Shown here: one piece after another, positions 1 to 9,762 of the stretch
Numbering within the stretch: the stretch's first letter is position 1
How the letters are laid out: the number at the start of each line of letters is the position of its first letter
Position numbers and translations under genes: made by a program
From: an uncultured Pseudomonadales bacterium
GTDB lineage: Bacteria; Patescibacteriota; Microgenomatia; UBA1400; RBG-16-45-19
NCBI GenBank assembly: GCA_964441155.1
Contig: CAYYKL010000001.1
Location: forward strand, 24,393-88,392
Length of the DNA: 64,000 bases
Direction of reading: 5' to 3'
Notes under the pieces: model-generated
What the model was told of the DNA's origin: nothing
The model's database searches: none
The model's input: only the letters and a program-made list of their open reading frames with translations

Positions 1-224
1 ACAGGCCAAGCGCGACCGTGCAAACCCTCAAAAGCAGTTAACTTCATGAAGTTTAGAATATGACCGTGGCAACCAATACCGGCAACCAGTGCAGTGTTGG
101 TATTGTCCCATCCTGCTTTGGTGGCGGCTTCTTTGAATGCAGTCCAGATGCCAAGGTCGCCACAACCAGGGCAAAAATTAGGTTTTACAGGAGTTTGCAA
201 TGATTTATGGGTGTGATCGGTCAT
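1..224 (-). CDS. 2-oxoacid:ferredoxin oxidoreductase beta subunit (5' part; runs off the window start)
   Basis: Manual translation from ATG at 224 gives MTDHTHKSLQTPVKPNFCPGCGDLGIW...AGIGCHG...EGLHGRAWP, with the CPGCG, GIGC and HGR motifs of TPP-binding beta subunits. It lies directly downstream of the alpha subunit. Confidence 0.92.
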   Translation of the reverse strand, partial: MTDHTHKSLQTPVKPNFCPGCGDLGIWTAFKEAATKAGWDNTNTALVAGIGCHGHILNFMKLTAFEGLHGRAWP

Positions 225-1937
225 TTATTTCCCAATGCTGGCTACTTTGGTAATAATTTCTTCTGGGTAAAATGGTCGACCATCATACTTTTGCAGGGTG
301 TCCAATATCATGATGCCGGTGTGTTCGCGTATAAGCCCGCGTAATTGAGCCGAATAGTTGTTTTCTATACAAATCAGGTAGTTGGCACTCTCAAGCGCTT
401 CTTGGACAGCGAGAGTGGGAAAAGGGTTCATCCAGGTGAGGTGCAAGAAATTAACTTGGGGTAACACTCGCATGGCTTCAAGAATAGCACCCTTATTGCT
501 GCCCCAAGAAACTAGCGTAACTTCAGCATCTATGGGTCCAAACAGTTGAGGTGGTTGCATGTCTTGAGTCGCGCATACATCAAGCTTGTGCATGCGCTTG
601 TTCATTTGATCGATTCGGTTTTGAGCACTTTCGCTCGAATAGCCGTGTTCATTGTGCTCGTCGGAGTTAGCGATGAAATGATTGCCACTCCCAGGTGTTG
701 ATCGCACGGAAATGCCATCCTCACTTAAGCCATATCGGGCAAACCCTTCAACTCTCTCCCGGGTAAATTTGCCCCGATCAATCATATAGGTGCTCGTGTC
801 AAAGGGCGGCAAACTTATCTGACATTCACATATATGTTTATCAACCAAGATAATCACCGGAGTCTGGTATTTGTCTGCCAGATTAAATGCTAGAAGCGTT
901 TGATCGTAGGCTTCTTGGGCATCACCAGCTGCCAATACAATTCGGGGAAAATCGCCTTGTGAAGCATGGAGCACAAAGCGCAAGTCTGCTTGCTCAGTCC
1001 AAGTGGGCAATCCCGTCGCCGGTCCGCCACGCATGCCCACAATAATGACAATGGGTAGCTCGGTAATCCCTGCCAATCCATAGCCTTCTGCCATTAAATT
1101 AAATCCACCACCTGCTGTTGCTACCATTGCCCTAGCTCCCGCATGAGCAGCACCAAGCGCCATATTGATGGCAGAAATTTCATCCTCAGGTTGTTTATAG
1201 ATATAATTATATTTGTCCTGAAACGGGGCTAAGGTATGCAGGATATTTGACGTTGGGGTCATTGGATAAATGGCACTAAATTGCATACCAGCGGCAATTG
1301 CCCCCAATGCCACTGATTCATTAGCAGTTAAGACCATGGGAACAACATCCACGGGCCTTGGGGTGAGCACTGCCTGGCACGATTGAGGATATTGGGTTTT
1401 AACGAGATCATATCCTGCTTGAGCACATTGCTGATTAGCGCGCACAATGCGCTCAGATTTCCCCCCAAACTCCTCGTCAATGAGTGCAAAAAGCATCGAA
1501 AGCTCTCCCTCAATCAGAGCTATGAGAGCGCCCAGTGCCACCGTGTTGCGCATCAACGTTGAGCCGCCGTACTTGGTTGCAAGGGCATTAAAGGGAACAT
1601 TCACTCCATTTACGCTTACTGGTAATTCTGGCAGACTCATGCCTTTTTCGGCATCAAAAATGACCACCGAGCCATCGATCAGTTCGTCTTGATGTAAAGT
1701 AATCGTTTCTTGATTGAAAGCAACGAGAACATGCGTTGGTTGATATTGGGAGTAAACAGGTTCAGGACTAATGGTTACTTGCACTACATTATGTCCACCT
1801 CGAATAATTGAAGGATACTCGGCATAACTAAAAATCTGATAACCCGATCGAGTGGCAATTTTGGCCATTGTCAAACCGGCCGACATAATGCCAAAGCCGG
1901 CCTCACCACCGATTTTTAGGTTAAAGGGATAGGTCAT
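225..1937 (-). CDS. 2-oxoacid:ferredoxin oxidoreductase alpha subunit (fused gamma-alpha)
   Basis: GGEAGFG, YPSIIRGGHN, YPMTP, EDEISA, RGGPATGLPT and YDGRPF motifs. Confidence 0.95.
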   Translation of the reverse strand: MTYPFNLKIGGEAGFGIMSAGLTMAKIATRSGYQIFSYAEYPSIIRGGHNVVQVTISPEPVYSQYQPTHVLVAFNQETITLHQDELIDGSVVIFDAEKGMSLPELPVSVNGVNVPFNALATKYGGSTLMRNTVALGALIALIEGELSMLFALIDEEFGGKSERIVRANQQCAQAGYDLVKTQYPQSCQAVLTPRPVDVVPMVLTANESVALGAIAAGMQFSAIYPMTPTSNILHTLAPFQDKYNYIYKQPEDEISAINMALGAAHAGARAMVATAGGGFNLMAEGYGLAGITELPIVIIVGMRGGPATGLPTWTEQADLRFVLHASQGDFPRIVLAAGDAQEAYDQTLLAFNLADKYQTPVIILVDKHICECQISLPPFDTSTYMIDRGKFTRERVEGFARYGLSEDGISVRSTPGSGNHFIANSDEHNEHGYSSESAQNRIDQMNKRMHKLDVCATQDMQPPQLFGPIDAEVTLVSWGSNKGAILEAMRVLPQVNFLHLTWMNPFPTLAVQEALESANYLICIENNYSAQLRGLIREHTGIMILDTLQKYDGRPFYPEEIITKVASIGK

Positions 1938-3187
1938 GCACTTACTTCCTGTTTTCCAACTACACTTTGGGGGTTACACACAGGACACGATTCACTTAAG
2001 ACTTTTCCGCTTTGGAACGCCAACCAAGCTTTTTTCCAAGGGAGAATGCTTAAAAATACTTTGAGATCCAAAAGTCTGCGCAGCCACCAGCCAACTCGTC
2101 CATAAAATTTCAAGCCTGCCCACACGGCGGCTGCCCAATTAGAACCAACGGGAATCGAATAGACGGGTGTTTTAGCAATATAGGTGGGTCGAAACTTTTT
2201 CTCAAGCCTCGCGTCTATGTCAGTGGCAATAAAGGCCCCGTCATAGAGTGCTGTTTGTGCCATGCCGGTAAATTCAGTCGCCGCTGCGTCTCCACCAACG
2301 TAGATACGAGAATTATCGGCAGTTTGCAAATGCTTGTTTACTTCGATTTGACCTTTTGGATTCAGCTTTAATCCCTCAACTTGAGCGTACAGTTTATTTG
2401 ATGCAACACCCGCAGTCCAAATAACTGTTTTGGCATTCATTTGCATATCTTTCAAAAAGACTTCTGAAACTTCTTCTTTAATGAGACGCCGGTTAAGGTA
2501 GACATTTACACCCAGTGAGCGAATACGCGCCTCAATTCGGTTCGTCACATCGTCAGGCAGCATTGGCACCAAATGCGAAGGTGATTGAATGAGTTCAACC
2601 GTGACCAAGGTGGGATCAATGCCATGTTTTTGGGCGAGCGAATCTGCATAGATTGCCAATTCAGCCGCCACTTCGGTACCACTGGCTCCTCCGCCAACCA
2701 CCACCAAATGAGTATTGCACAATGCCTCATCTTTGTTCGCTGCCACACATGAGGCAAATGATTCATGGAGGTGGCGCTTGAGTTTGAGTGCCTCTTCAAT
2801 TGACTTAAATCCAAAGGATAACTCAGGCAAACCAGGTGTGTCGTAATAGGTTGTCTCACTGCCCAAGGTTAAAACCAAATAATCATAGGGGTAGATTGAG
2901 CCCATGTCTCCGGTAACATAACGCTCAGCAGTATCGACACTCATAATGGTGTCTTGAACTACTCGAACTTGCGTGCCCTTGAATATTTCTTCAAGAAGTA
3001 TGCACACCTCCAACGGTGAGCGCCCCGTGACAACTCGATAGAGTGCAGCATGGTATTCAAAATGAGGTTTATTGCTAATGAGGGTTATCTTGGTGTGATG
3101 CGGATCGAGTTTTGCGAGCTTGAGTGCACACGCCACTCCGGCAAATCCTGCGCCAACGATAACAATATTTTTTTCGGTTGTTTCCAT
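1934..3187 (-). CDS. ndh: Type II NADH dehydrogenase-like FAD-dependent oxidoreductase
   Basis: Two Rossmann motifs (VGAGFAG, VGGGASGTEVAAEL), WTAGV, and GGDAA...AQTA. Start set at METTEK (3187), just after the upstream stop. Confidence 0.85.
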   Translation of the reverse strand: METTEKNIVIVGAGFAGVACALKLAKLDPHHTKITLISNKPHFEYHAALYRVVTGRSPLEVCILLEEIFKGTQVRVVQDTIMSVDTAERYVTGDMGSIYPYDYLVLTLGSETTYYDTPGLPELSFGFKSIEEALKLKRHLHESFASCVAANKDEALCNTHLVVVGGGASGTEVAAELAIYADSLAQKHGIDPTLVTVELIQSPSHLVPMLPDDVTNRIEARIRSLGVNVYLNRRLIKEEVSEVFLKDMQMNAKTVIWTAGVASNKLYAQVEGLKLNPKGQIEVNKHLQTADNSRIYVGGDAAATEFTGMAQTALYDGAFIATDIDARLEKKFRPTYIAKTPVYSIPVGSNWAAAVWAGLKFYGRVGWWLRRLLDLKVFLSILPWKKAWLAFQSGKVLSESCPVCNPQSVVGKQEVSA

Positions 3188-3189
3188 AG

Positions 3190-5313
3190 CTACTTTAGAA
3201 TCGCTTTCCCATCGACTGCCCAAGCATGTGTACGAGTGACAATCACCGGGTTAATTTCTATTTCAGCAAATTCATCTACATTCTGAGCTAATTGCGAGAG
3301 AGCGATCATGAGCTCTTGCAGTTTTTGGACTGCATACGGCTCTTCACCGCGATAGCCTTCAAGCACTTTAGCGATTTTTGCTTGCCGCACCAAAGCCGCG
3401 ATTTGAGCTGAATCTTGCGTTAATACAAGCAAGTTTCGATCGGCAACCAGCTCTGCCAGGGTTCCCCCCGCGCCAAACATCATGATGTTGCCAAAACTCG
3501 GGTCACGCTTGATGCCGATTATGACCTCCACTCCCGATTCGACTTGTTTTTGAATCTGAACGTTCGCTTGAGAATCACCCAACTTTTGGATTGATGCTTG
3601 CATTTTGGTCCACGCTTCTTTCATTTGCTCGGGAGTATGAATGTTGGTCACAACCCCACCAATGTCCTGCTTGTGCAGGGCTTTGCTTGAGGTGATTTTG
3701 AGCACCACTGGCCAATTGTGTTGGGTGACAAACGCCAAAGCATCTTCTTCACTGGCCACAATTTCTTGAGGCGGCACTGCGATTCCTGCTTGGGACAAGA
3801 GTTCGTTGGCTTCGTGCCCAGTCAACACGACTCGGTCGTCATTTCGCACATTTTTAATCAAGTTAAGCGCAAATTCGATGTTTTCAACAATTGGTTCTCG
3901 AATTACCAGGGGTGAACCCTGTTTAGACCGCCATTGTTGCCACCACCACATTGAACCCAAAGCCTTGATTGCGCGCTCGGGATAACGAAACGATGGAATT
4001 TTAGCTTTATCTAAAATCTGCTCCCCAGCCACAATTACCCCGCCGCCCATAAATGAGCAAATAATCGGCTTATGATACTTTTGCGACATTTCCTTGATAA
4101 CCTCGGCTGTTTGCTCCACTTGCGTGGTTATTTGTGGGGTCAAAATCACGATTACTGAATCTACTGACTCTTCAGCCAAAACCGCATCCATGGCAATGCG
4201 GTAGCGATCAGCCAGAGCATCGCCCAAAACATCAACCGGGTTTAGGAGGCTGGCAGCTCGGGGCAACTGCTGCTGTAGCAAGCTCTTGGTTTCTTCACTA
4301 ATTTCCGCCAGCTCTAATCCGGCTTCTTGAATAAAGTCAGTGCTAATAACCGCTGGGCCGCCAGCGTTAGAAACAACCGCCACTTTGGGGCCACTCGGAG
4401 CTTGTTCCCAGGCAAAAACCCGAGACAAGTCAAATAAATCCTCAACCCCATGGCAACGGATTATTCCAGCCTGGGCAAAGGCTTGATCCAAAACCGCGTC
4501 CTCCCCTGCAATTGAACCTGTATGTGATTGCATCGCTTTTTGAGCCGCTTTGGATTTACCTGGTTTTAACACAAACAAGGGTTGGGTTTGGGCTAGTTTT
4601 GAAGCAAGCTTAAAAAATTCTTTGCCTTTCTCAAGCGATTCTAAATACATGCCGATGGGTTGATATGGCGACAATCCTGGTTCACTGCTGGGCTGAGTGT
4701 TGCTTTGCGACCAGTAGGCCAACAACTCATTTTCACCTAGCGTTGATTTGTTGCCTAAGGTAATAAATTCACTAAAACCAATACCGGCGTATTCCGCCCA
4801 ATCAAATACACTCGAAGCAATAGCTCCCGACTGCGACATAAATCGCAAGTTCCCCAAGCTACTCGAAACCTTACCGAATGAAGCGTTGATGTGGTGATGA
4901 TTGTTCACAAAACCCAAACAATTCGGGCCCAGGAGTGCCAAATCAAATTCTTTAGCCACGGCCAACAGCTCAAGCTCTAACTGCTCACCGTCTTTGCCAA
5001 TTTCTTTAAACCCCGCACTCAAAATTACCACACTTTTGGTGCCTTTTTTTCCTAATTCCCGCAGAGATTCGATCACAAATTGCGAGGGTATGGCAATAAC
5101 CGCCATGTCTGGAATTTCGGGGAGACTTGCAATATCGGCATAACTCTGGATGTCTCCGATTAATTCAGCTTTCGGATTGACCGGAAATAATTTGCCTTGG
5201 TAGCCTGAAGTCAAAAGGTTGGCGAGGACTATGGCACCGATTTTTTTAGGATCTCTGGAAGCGCCAATAATCGCAATAGAATTAGGGTAAAAAAGTGTCT
5301 GCAAAGTGGGCAT
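3190..5313 (-). CDS. Acetate-CoA ligase (ADP-forming), fused alpha/beta
   Basis: CoA-binding N-terminus (IAIIGASRDPKKIG, GPNCLG), SQSGA, SHTGS, NAGG, NPVDVLGDA, and an ATP-grasp C-terminus (HKQDIGGV, EIEINP). Confidence 0.92.
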   Translation of the reverse strand: MPTLQTLFYPNSIAIIGASRDPKKIGAIVLANLLTSGYQGKLFPVNPKAELIGDIQSYADIASLPEIPDMAVIAIPSQFVIESLRELGKKGTKSVVILSAGFKEIGKDGEQLELELLAVAKEFDLALLGPNCLGFVNNHHHINASFGKVSSSLGNLRFMSQSGAIASSVFDWAEYAGIGFSEFITLGNKSTLGENELLAYWSQSNTQPSSEPGLSPYQPIGMYLESLEKGKEFFKLASKLAQTQPLFVLKPGKSKAAQKAMQSHTGSIAGEDAVLDQAFAQAGIIRCHGVEDLFDLSRVFAWEQAPSGPKVAVVSNAGGPAVISTDFIQEAGLELAEISEETKSLLQQQLPRAASLLNPVDVLGDALADRYRIAMDAVLAEESVDSVIVILTPQITTQVEQTAEVIKEMSQKYHKPIICSFMGGGVIVAGEQILDKAKIPSFRYPERAIKALGSMWWWQQWRSKQGSPLVIREPIVENIEFALNLIKNVRNDDRVVLTGHEANELLSQAGIAVPPQEIVASEEDALAFVTQHNWPVVLKITSSKALHKQDIGGVVTNIHTPEQMKEAWTKMQASIQKLGDSQANVQIQKQVESGVEVIIGIKRDPSFGNIMMFGAGGTLAELVADRNLLVLTQDSAQIAALVRQAKIAKVLEGYRGEEPYAVQKLQELMIALSQLAQNVDEFAEIEINPVIVTRTHAWAVDGKAILK

Positions 5314-5354
5314 GGGGCAACAGCAGTCTCAATTAATAATTGATACTTCATTAA

Positions 5355-5408
5355 AGTGTACGGGACTCGTCGGCCGCATGTCAAAAGGAATTGTGATGCC
5401 AATCACTG
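5355..5408 (-). promoter_or_regulatory. Sigma70-type promoter with an upstream palindromic operator for the acd-ndh-OFOR operon
   Basis: Minus strand TTGACA (5379-5384), 18-nt spacer, TACACT (5355-5360). Imperfect palindrome TTGTGATGCCAATCACTG at 5391-5408. Confidence 0.6.
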
Positions 5409-5426
5409 GAAATATGTTGGAGTGTG

Positions 5427-6503
5427 TTATTTTATTTCAATGGTTCGCTTGTGCGTTTTGCCTGTTCGCAATATCGAAAAGCACAAACCCATAAGCAAAC
5501 ACAGACTTATAAGCGAGCTGCCACCGACGGAAACAAATGGCAAGGTGATGCCAGTCACCGGCACAATCCCCATATTCATTCCCATATTGATAAACGCTTG
5601 CACCCAAATGAGCGATAGCATCATCACTGCCACGAGACTGCCTTCATCGGTCGGGGCACTTCGAGCTACCCCCAATAATCCCCATCCAAGTCCCAGATAA
5701 GCGATGATTACCAACACTCCCCCTAAAAATCCCATTTCTTCTACCAAGGACGCAAAAATAAAATCCGTGTGTCGCTCGGGCAAAAAATTAAGTTGTGACT
5801 GCGTGCCCTGCCCCAAACCCCGACCAAAAAGTTTGCCTGATCCAACCGCAATCATGGCTTGAGCAGCATTGTAACCAGTTCCTAATGGATCACTGGCAGG
5901 GCTTAAAAAACTAGTTAAGCGATTTTTTTGGTACGGCTTAAGCAAGCCAAAGCCCATAGGCACTATGAGCAATCCAACCAGCATCACTCCAAAGAGTCTT
6001 TTAAAATCCACTCCTGCAGAGACGAGTGCAACTGCGACAATAAAACCCAGAATCAGCGCCGTGCCTAAGTCAGGCTGAATAAATACGAGCAAAACAGGCA
6101 GTAAAGTGAGTGCGATAGTGATCGCTAGTTTCTTCCAGTTGCTGGGATAGTTTTTGCTTAAGACGTTGGCTAAAAACAAAATTAGCAAGGGTTTGGCCAA
6201 TTCTGACGTTTGCAACCTGACTCCAAACACATCCAGCCAACGAACACTACCACGAGCTTCTGCTCCGACCACTACGGTAACGATAAGGATAAGCATCAAG
6301 AGCGCATAGTAAGGCCAAGCCGAAAACATGAGGACGCGATAATCAACGCTTGAAACCACATACATAAGACCAATCCCCAGCACCATATACATGACTTGAC
6401 CTTGAAGGTTGGCCGGAGCGACTGAATTAATCATCAAGACACTCAAGCCAAACAAAATCAAAAGTGAAAGCACCAAAGCAAACAATTGGGTCTGTTTTGA
6501 CAT
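5427..6503 (-). CDS. rodA: Rod shape-determining SEDS protein RodA
   Basis: Multi-TM protein with RWL, LQTSELAK, QPDLGT, YQKNRL, LPERHTDFIF and GITLPFVSVGGSS. A separate FtsW is present in the dcw cluster. Confidence 0.9.
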   Translation of the reverse strand: MSKQTQLFALVLSLLILFGLSVLMINSVAPANLQGQVMYMVLGIGLMYVVSSVDYRVLMFSAWPYYALLMLILIVTVVVGAEARGSVRWLDVFGVRLQTSELAKPLLILFLANVLSKNYPSNWKKLAITIALTLLPVLLVFIQPDLGTALILGFIVAVALVSAGVDFKRLFGVMLVGLLIVPMGFGLLKPYQKNRLTSFLSPASDPLGTGYNAAQAMIAVGSGKLFGRGLGQGTQSQLNFLPERHTDFIFASLVEEMGFLGGVLVIIAYLGLGWGLLGVARSAPTDEGSLVAVMMLSLIWVQAFINMGMNMGIVPVTGITLPFVSVGGSSLISLCLLMGLCFSILRTGKTHKRTIEIK

Positions 6504-6516
6504 GTAGTAACTTTAT

Positions 6517-9441
6517 CTACGCTTGTGATCGAATGATACGCAACATTTCACCATGCTTAAGCGTTTTGGCTAAGACTTTGGTTTTGATTTCAGTTTCAAA
6601 GAGTTCTGGCCACTCTGGCAATTCCACGTCGACCAATTCATCATGAGCAGTTTGCGCCACTTTCCTGGCATCCATAATCTTGCGAATGATTTCACGCGCC
6701 TTGCCTTCGGCTTCAAGTTCGGGCGACAACTCAAGATCTAGATAGGCGGTAACGACGCCCATTTTTGCCGCATCACTCGCGTGCTTCACCGTTGTCTTAG
6801 CGGCATACTCTTGAGAAATGGGTGTAAACACTTTTACATTTGCCTCAGCTTGGATCAGAGCAACCAACTGTGGTTCTTCATTCAGAATCTTGGCGAAAGG
6901 GCGATCAAGCGACCAACTGCCCAGAGGCTGACGGGCTGGTATGCCAGATTCTTTGCGCAGCGAATGAAGCAGAGAAACAATATGTTGTATTAGGTCCATA
7001 CGATTTTCAAGTTCGGGTTTGTTGGCATCAGCTCGAAATTGAGGCAAAAGTTCTAAATGAATTGATTCTTTGCCATTTATGACTATATTTTGGTACACCA
7101 ACTCTGCAAAAAATGGTGCAAACGGGGCAATGAGTAAACTCCAGCGCAACAGTGTTGCCCTAAACACCTGAAGTACTTCTTGATTGGTTGCATTGTCACG
7201 CAATCGATCTCGACTCAAGCGCAACCACCAAGTCGAAAATTCTTGCACAAACTCCATGAGTGCTCTTGATGCAGTCACCACGTCATAGCTATCCATCGCT
7301 TCAACCACCGTTTTGGTTAAGCCTTCGACTTTGGATATAAGCCATTGGTCCAATACGTGCTCTGCTTTTTGGGGAAGTGCAAAATCTTGCTGGTCGTCAT
7401 CATAGAGTTTATAGAAAGAGAGAACATTCCACATCATCACTAATACTTTTTTCCTGATTTCGTCGACTTGAACTTCGGCAAAATTGACATTTTCAGCCGT
7501 TTTCATGACAGGAGAACTAGCGAAATATAATCTCAGTGCGTCAACGCCATATTTGTCGACAAGCAACATCGGATCGGTAAAATTGCGTTTACTCTTGCTC
7601 ATTTTGGTGCCATCTGCAGCCATAATCGTGCCGGTCGTGAGCGCGTTTTCAAAGGTATGTTTGCCAAACAGTGCCACCGACATCACGTGAAGCGTATAAA
7701 ACCAGGCTCGAGTTTGAGCAATATACTCACTAATAAATTGGGCTGGGTGGCGCTTGTCAAATTTTTCTTGGTTTTCAAACGGATAATGCTCGCTTGCATA
7801 AGGCATGCTTCCCGACTCGACCCAACAATCAAAGACTTCCGCGATTCTTGTGCCTTTTATAGTCTTTGCATCATCAACCCAGACTTCAATGTCATCAATA
7901 AACTCTCGATGAATATCGGTTAATCCTTCAACACGTGTCGGATCTACTGCCCAGTCTTTAAGCTCGTCAATTGAGCCAATAACGCGGTATTTTTTTGATT
8001 TTGGATTTTGATTATCGGTTATGTGTTCTTCCCATATTGGCATTGGCGTACCCCAATAACGCGAGCGCGAGATGTTCCAATCAGGCGCCGTTTCCAATCC
8101 TTTGCCAAATCGACCGGCTTTTAAGTGCGAGGGCACCCAATTAATGGGTTCGTTGTTTGCAACTAATTGATCTTTGATGGATTGAATGTTTATAAACCAG
8201 GCTGGAATACCAGTGTAAAAGAGTGGCGTTTCACAGCGGTAGCAATGTGGGTAGGAGTGGACAAATTTTTCTTGCTTAAACAGCAACTCACGCTTGGTTA
8301 GATCATCAAGTACCCAGGCTTCTGATTTTTTGAAAAAGACGCCTGACAATGGCTCCACGAAAGGTAAAAACTTGCCTTGGTCGTCAAGCATGTCCACCAA
8401 AGGTAAATCAAGTTTCAAAGCTAATTGAAAATCATCTTCACCATACATTGCGGCCGTGTGCACTACACCGGTTCCGTCCTCCATGGACACAAAATCACCA
8501 GCGGCAACATAGTGTGCTTTTTTGTCGCCAATATCAAGATAGGTGTAGAGCGGTTCATATTCCCACCCCGACATATCAGCACCCATCAGTGTTTCAACCA
8601 CTTCATAGGGTTTTTCGATGATGCCAAGTCTCGCTTCGGCTAAATAGAAAAACTCTTCGTCAATTTTGATTTTGACATACGGCTTGTCGGGTGCCACGGC
8701 TAGACCCACATTGCCAATGAGTGTCCAGGGAGTGGTGGTCCAGGCTAATATAAATTCATTCTGATGATTTTTTCGCTTGAACTTAATAGTGATTGAATTG
8801 TCTTCGACGTGCTTGTAGCTGTTGTCCATGGCGATTTCGAAATTAGACAGTGGCGTGGAACAGCGAGGACAATAGAGGATTACTTTTCTGCCTTGATACA
8901 CCAGACCTTTTTCGTGCAGTTGTTTAAACGCCCACCACACCGATTCCATGAAACTCACGTCCATAGTTTTATATGAGTTTTTAAAATCAACCCAGCGACC
9001 GATGCGCTTGATGATTTTTTCCCACTCAGCGTCGAAGCGAAAAATGGCAGATCGACATGCTGCGTTAAATTTGTCGATGCCTAAATCTTCAATGCCTTTT
9101 TTGCCACCTTTAAGATCAAGCTCTTTTTCGACAATGTTTTCAATTGGCAAGCCATGGCAATCCCAACCCCATTTTCGCTCGACCCTGAAGCCTTTCATCG
9201 TCCAATAGCGGGGCACGATGTCTTTCATGATCGAACCTAAAAGATGGCCATAGTGCGGCAAGCCCGTGGCAAAGGGAGGGCCGTCATAGAAAACAAACGG
9301 CTTGTCAGCACTGCGCTCACTCACCGATTTTTCGAAAGCATGAATCTCATCCCAATATTTGAGCACGCGCTCTTCAAGCTCGGGCAAATTTGGTCGCTGT
9401 TTAAAATCTAGGTTTTTTATGTCTGTCATATGTTGGGTCAT
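6517..9441 (-). CDS. ileS: Isoleucine--tRNA ligase (type 2)
   Basis: FYDGPPFATGLPHYGH, GWDCHGLP, WTTTPWT, DWNISRSRYWGTP and KMSKS. The start is 9441 or 9429 because the longer ORF start falls inside the T-box. Confidence 0.97.
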   Translation of the reverse strand: MTQHMTDIKNLDFKQRPNLPELEERVLKYWDEIHAFEKSVSERSADKPFVFYDGPPFATGLPHYGHLLGSIMKDIVPRYWTMKGFRVERKWGWDCHGLPIENIVEKELDLKGGKKGIEDLGIDKFNAACRSAIFRFDAEWEKIIKRIGRWVDFKNSYKTMDVSFMESVWWAFKQLHEKGLVYQGRKVILYCPRCSTPLSNFEIAMDNSYKHVEDNSITIKFKRKNHQNEFILAWTTTPWTLIGNVGLAVAPDKPYVKIKIDEEFFYLAEARLGIIEKPYEVVETLMGADMSGWEYEPLYTYLDIGDKKAHYVAAGDFVSMEDGTGVVHTAAMYGEDDFQLALKLDLPLVDMLDDQGKFLPFVEPLSGVFFKKSEAWVLDDLTKRELLFKQEKFVHSYPHCYRCETPLFYTGIPAWFINIQSIKDQLVANNEPINWVPSHLKAGRFGKGLETAPDWNISRSRYWGTPMPIWEEHITDNQNPKSKKYRVIGSIDELKDWAVDPTRVEGLTDIHREFIDDIEVWVDDAKTIKGTRIAEVFDCWVESGSMPYASEHYPFENQEKFDKRHPAQFISEYIAQTRAWFYTLHVMSVALFGKHTFENALTTGTIMAADGTKMSKSKRNFTDPMLLVDKYGVDALRLYFASSPVMKTAENVNFAEVQVDEIRKKVLVMMWNVLSFYKLYDDDQQDFALPQKAEHVLDQWLISKVEGLTKTVVEAMDSYDVVTASRALMEFVQEFSTWWLRLSRDRLRDNATNQEVLQVFRATLLRWSLLIAPFAPFFAELVYQNIVINGKESIHLELLPQFRADANKPELENRMDLIQHIVSLLHSLRKESGIPARQPLGSWSLDRPFAKILNEEPQLVALIQAEANVKVFTPISQEYAAKTTVKHASDAAKMGVVTAYLDLELSPELEAEGKAREIIRKIMDARKVAQTAHDELVDVELPEWPELFETEIKTKVLAKTLKHGEMLRIIRSQA

Positions 9442-9467
9442 CCTGAACGTGTTTAGTTTAACGATAC

Positions 9468-9725
9468 AAAAAAAGCGGCACACATCCTCTCTTTCAAAAG
9501 GTCCCGTTGACGGGAGGTACCACCTCAATTAGCGATTAGGATCTAGGGTTTAGTGGCTAGAGTTTTTTGCATTTCCCTAATCACTATTCACTAGTGGCTA
9601 ACCACTGTCTCGTTCCTGCTGTCTCGGGCTTACCCGGAAGGGTCTAATGAGGATGCTTGCATCCTGTTCTTCCTTCTCCCCCACCTACTTTTGTAGTAGA
9701 TCTCCTTGCTGATAACAAGTGAATT
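9468..9725 (-). promoter_or_regulatory. T-box riboswitch (Ile specifier, ultrashort Stem I)
   Basis: Minus strand: hairpin CUUGU-UAUCA-GCAAG with AUC in the loop (9705-9719); Stem II GAAGG-AAGAAC...CAUUAGAC-CCUUC; Stem IIA/B CGGGUAAGCCCG..ACAGC; antiterminator GAGG-UGGUACC-UCCCG-UCAA-CGGGA-CCUU (9498-9526); hairpin plus U7 run. Confidence 0.88.
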
Positions 9726-9762
9726 CATTAGGGAATTTTCTTGAGTATATCACACAAGTATT

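Noticed and set aside
9442-9528. N-terminal extension of IleRS in the ORF track
   Set aside because: Overlaps the T-box antiterminator and terminator; the same applies to the GlyRS extension at 45857-45946.
9683-9701. Hairpin CUACU-ACAAA-AGUAG as the ileS specifier stem
   Set aside because: No Ile codon in its loop; the adjacent upstream hairpin has AUC-A and fits better.
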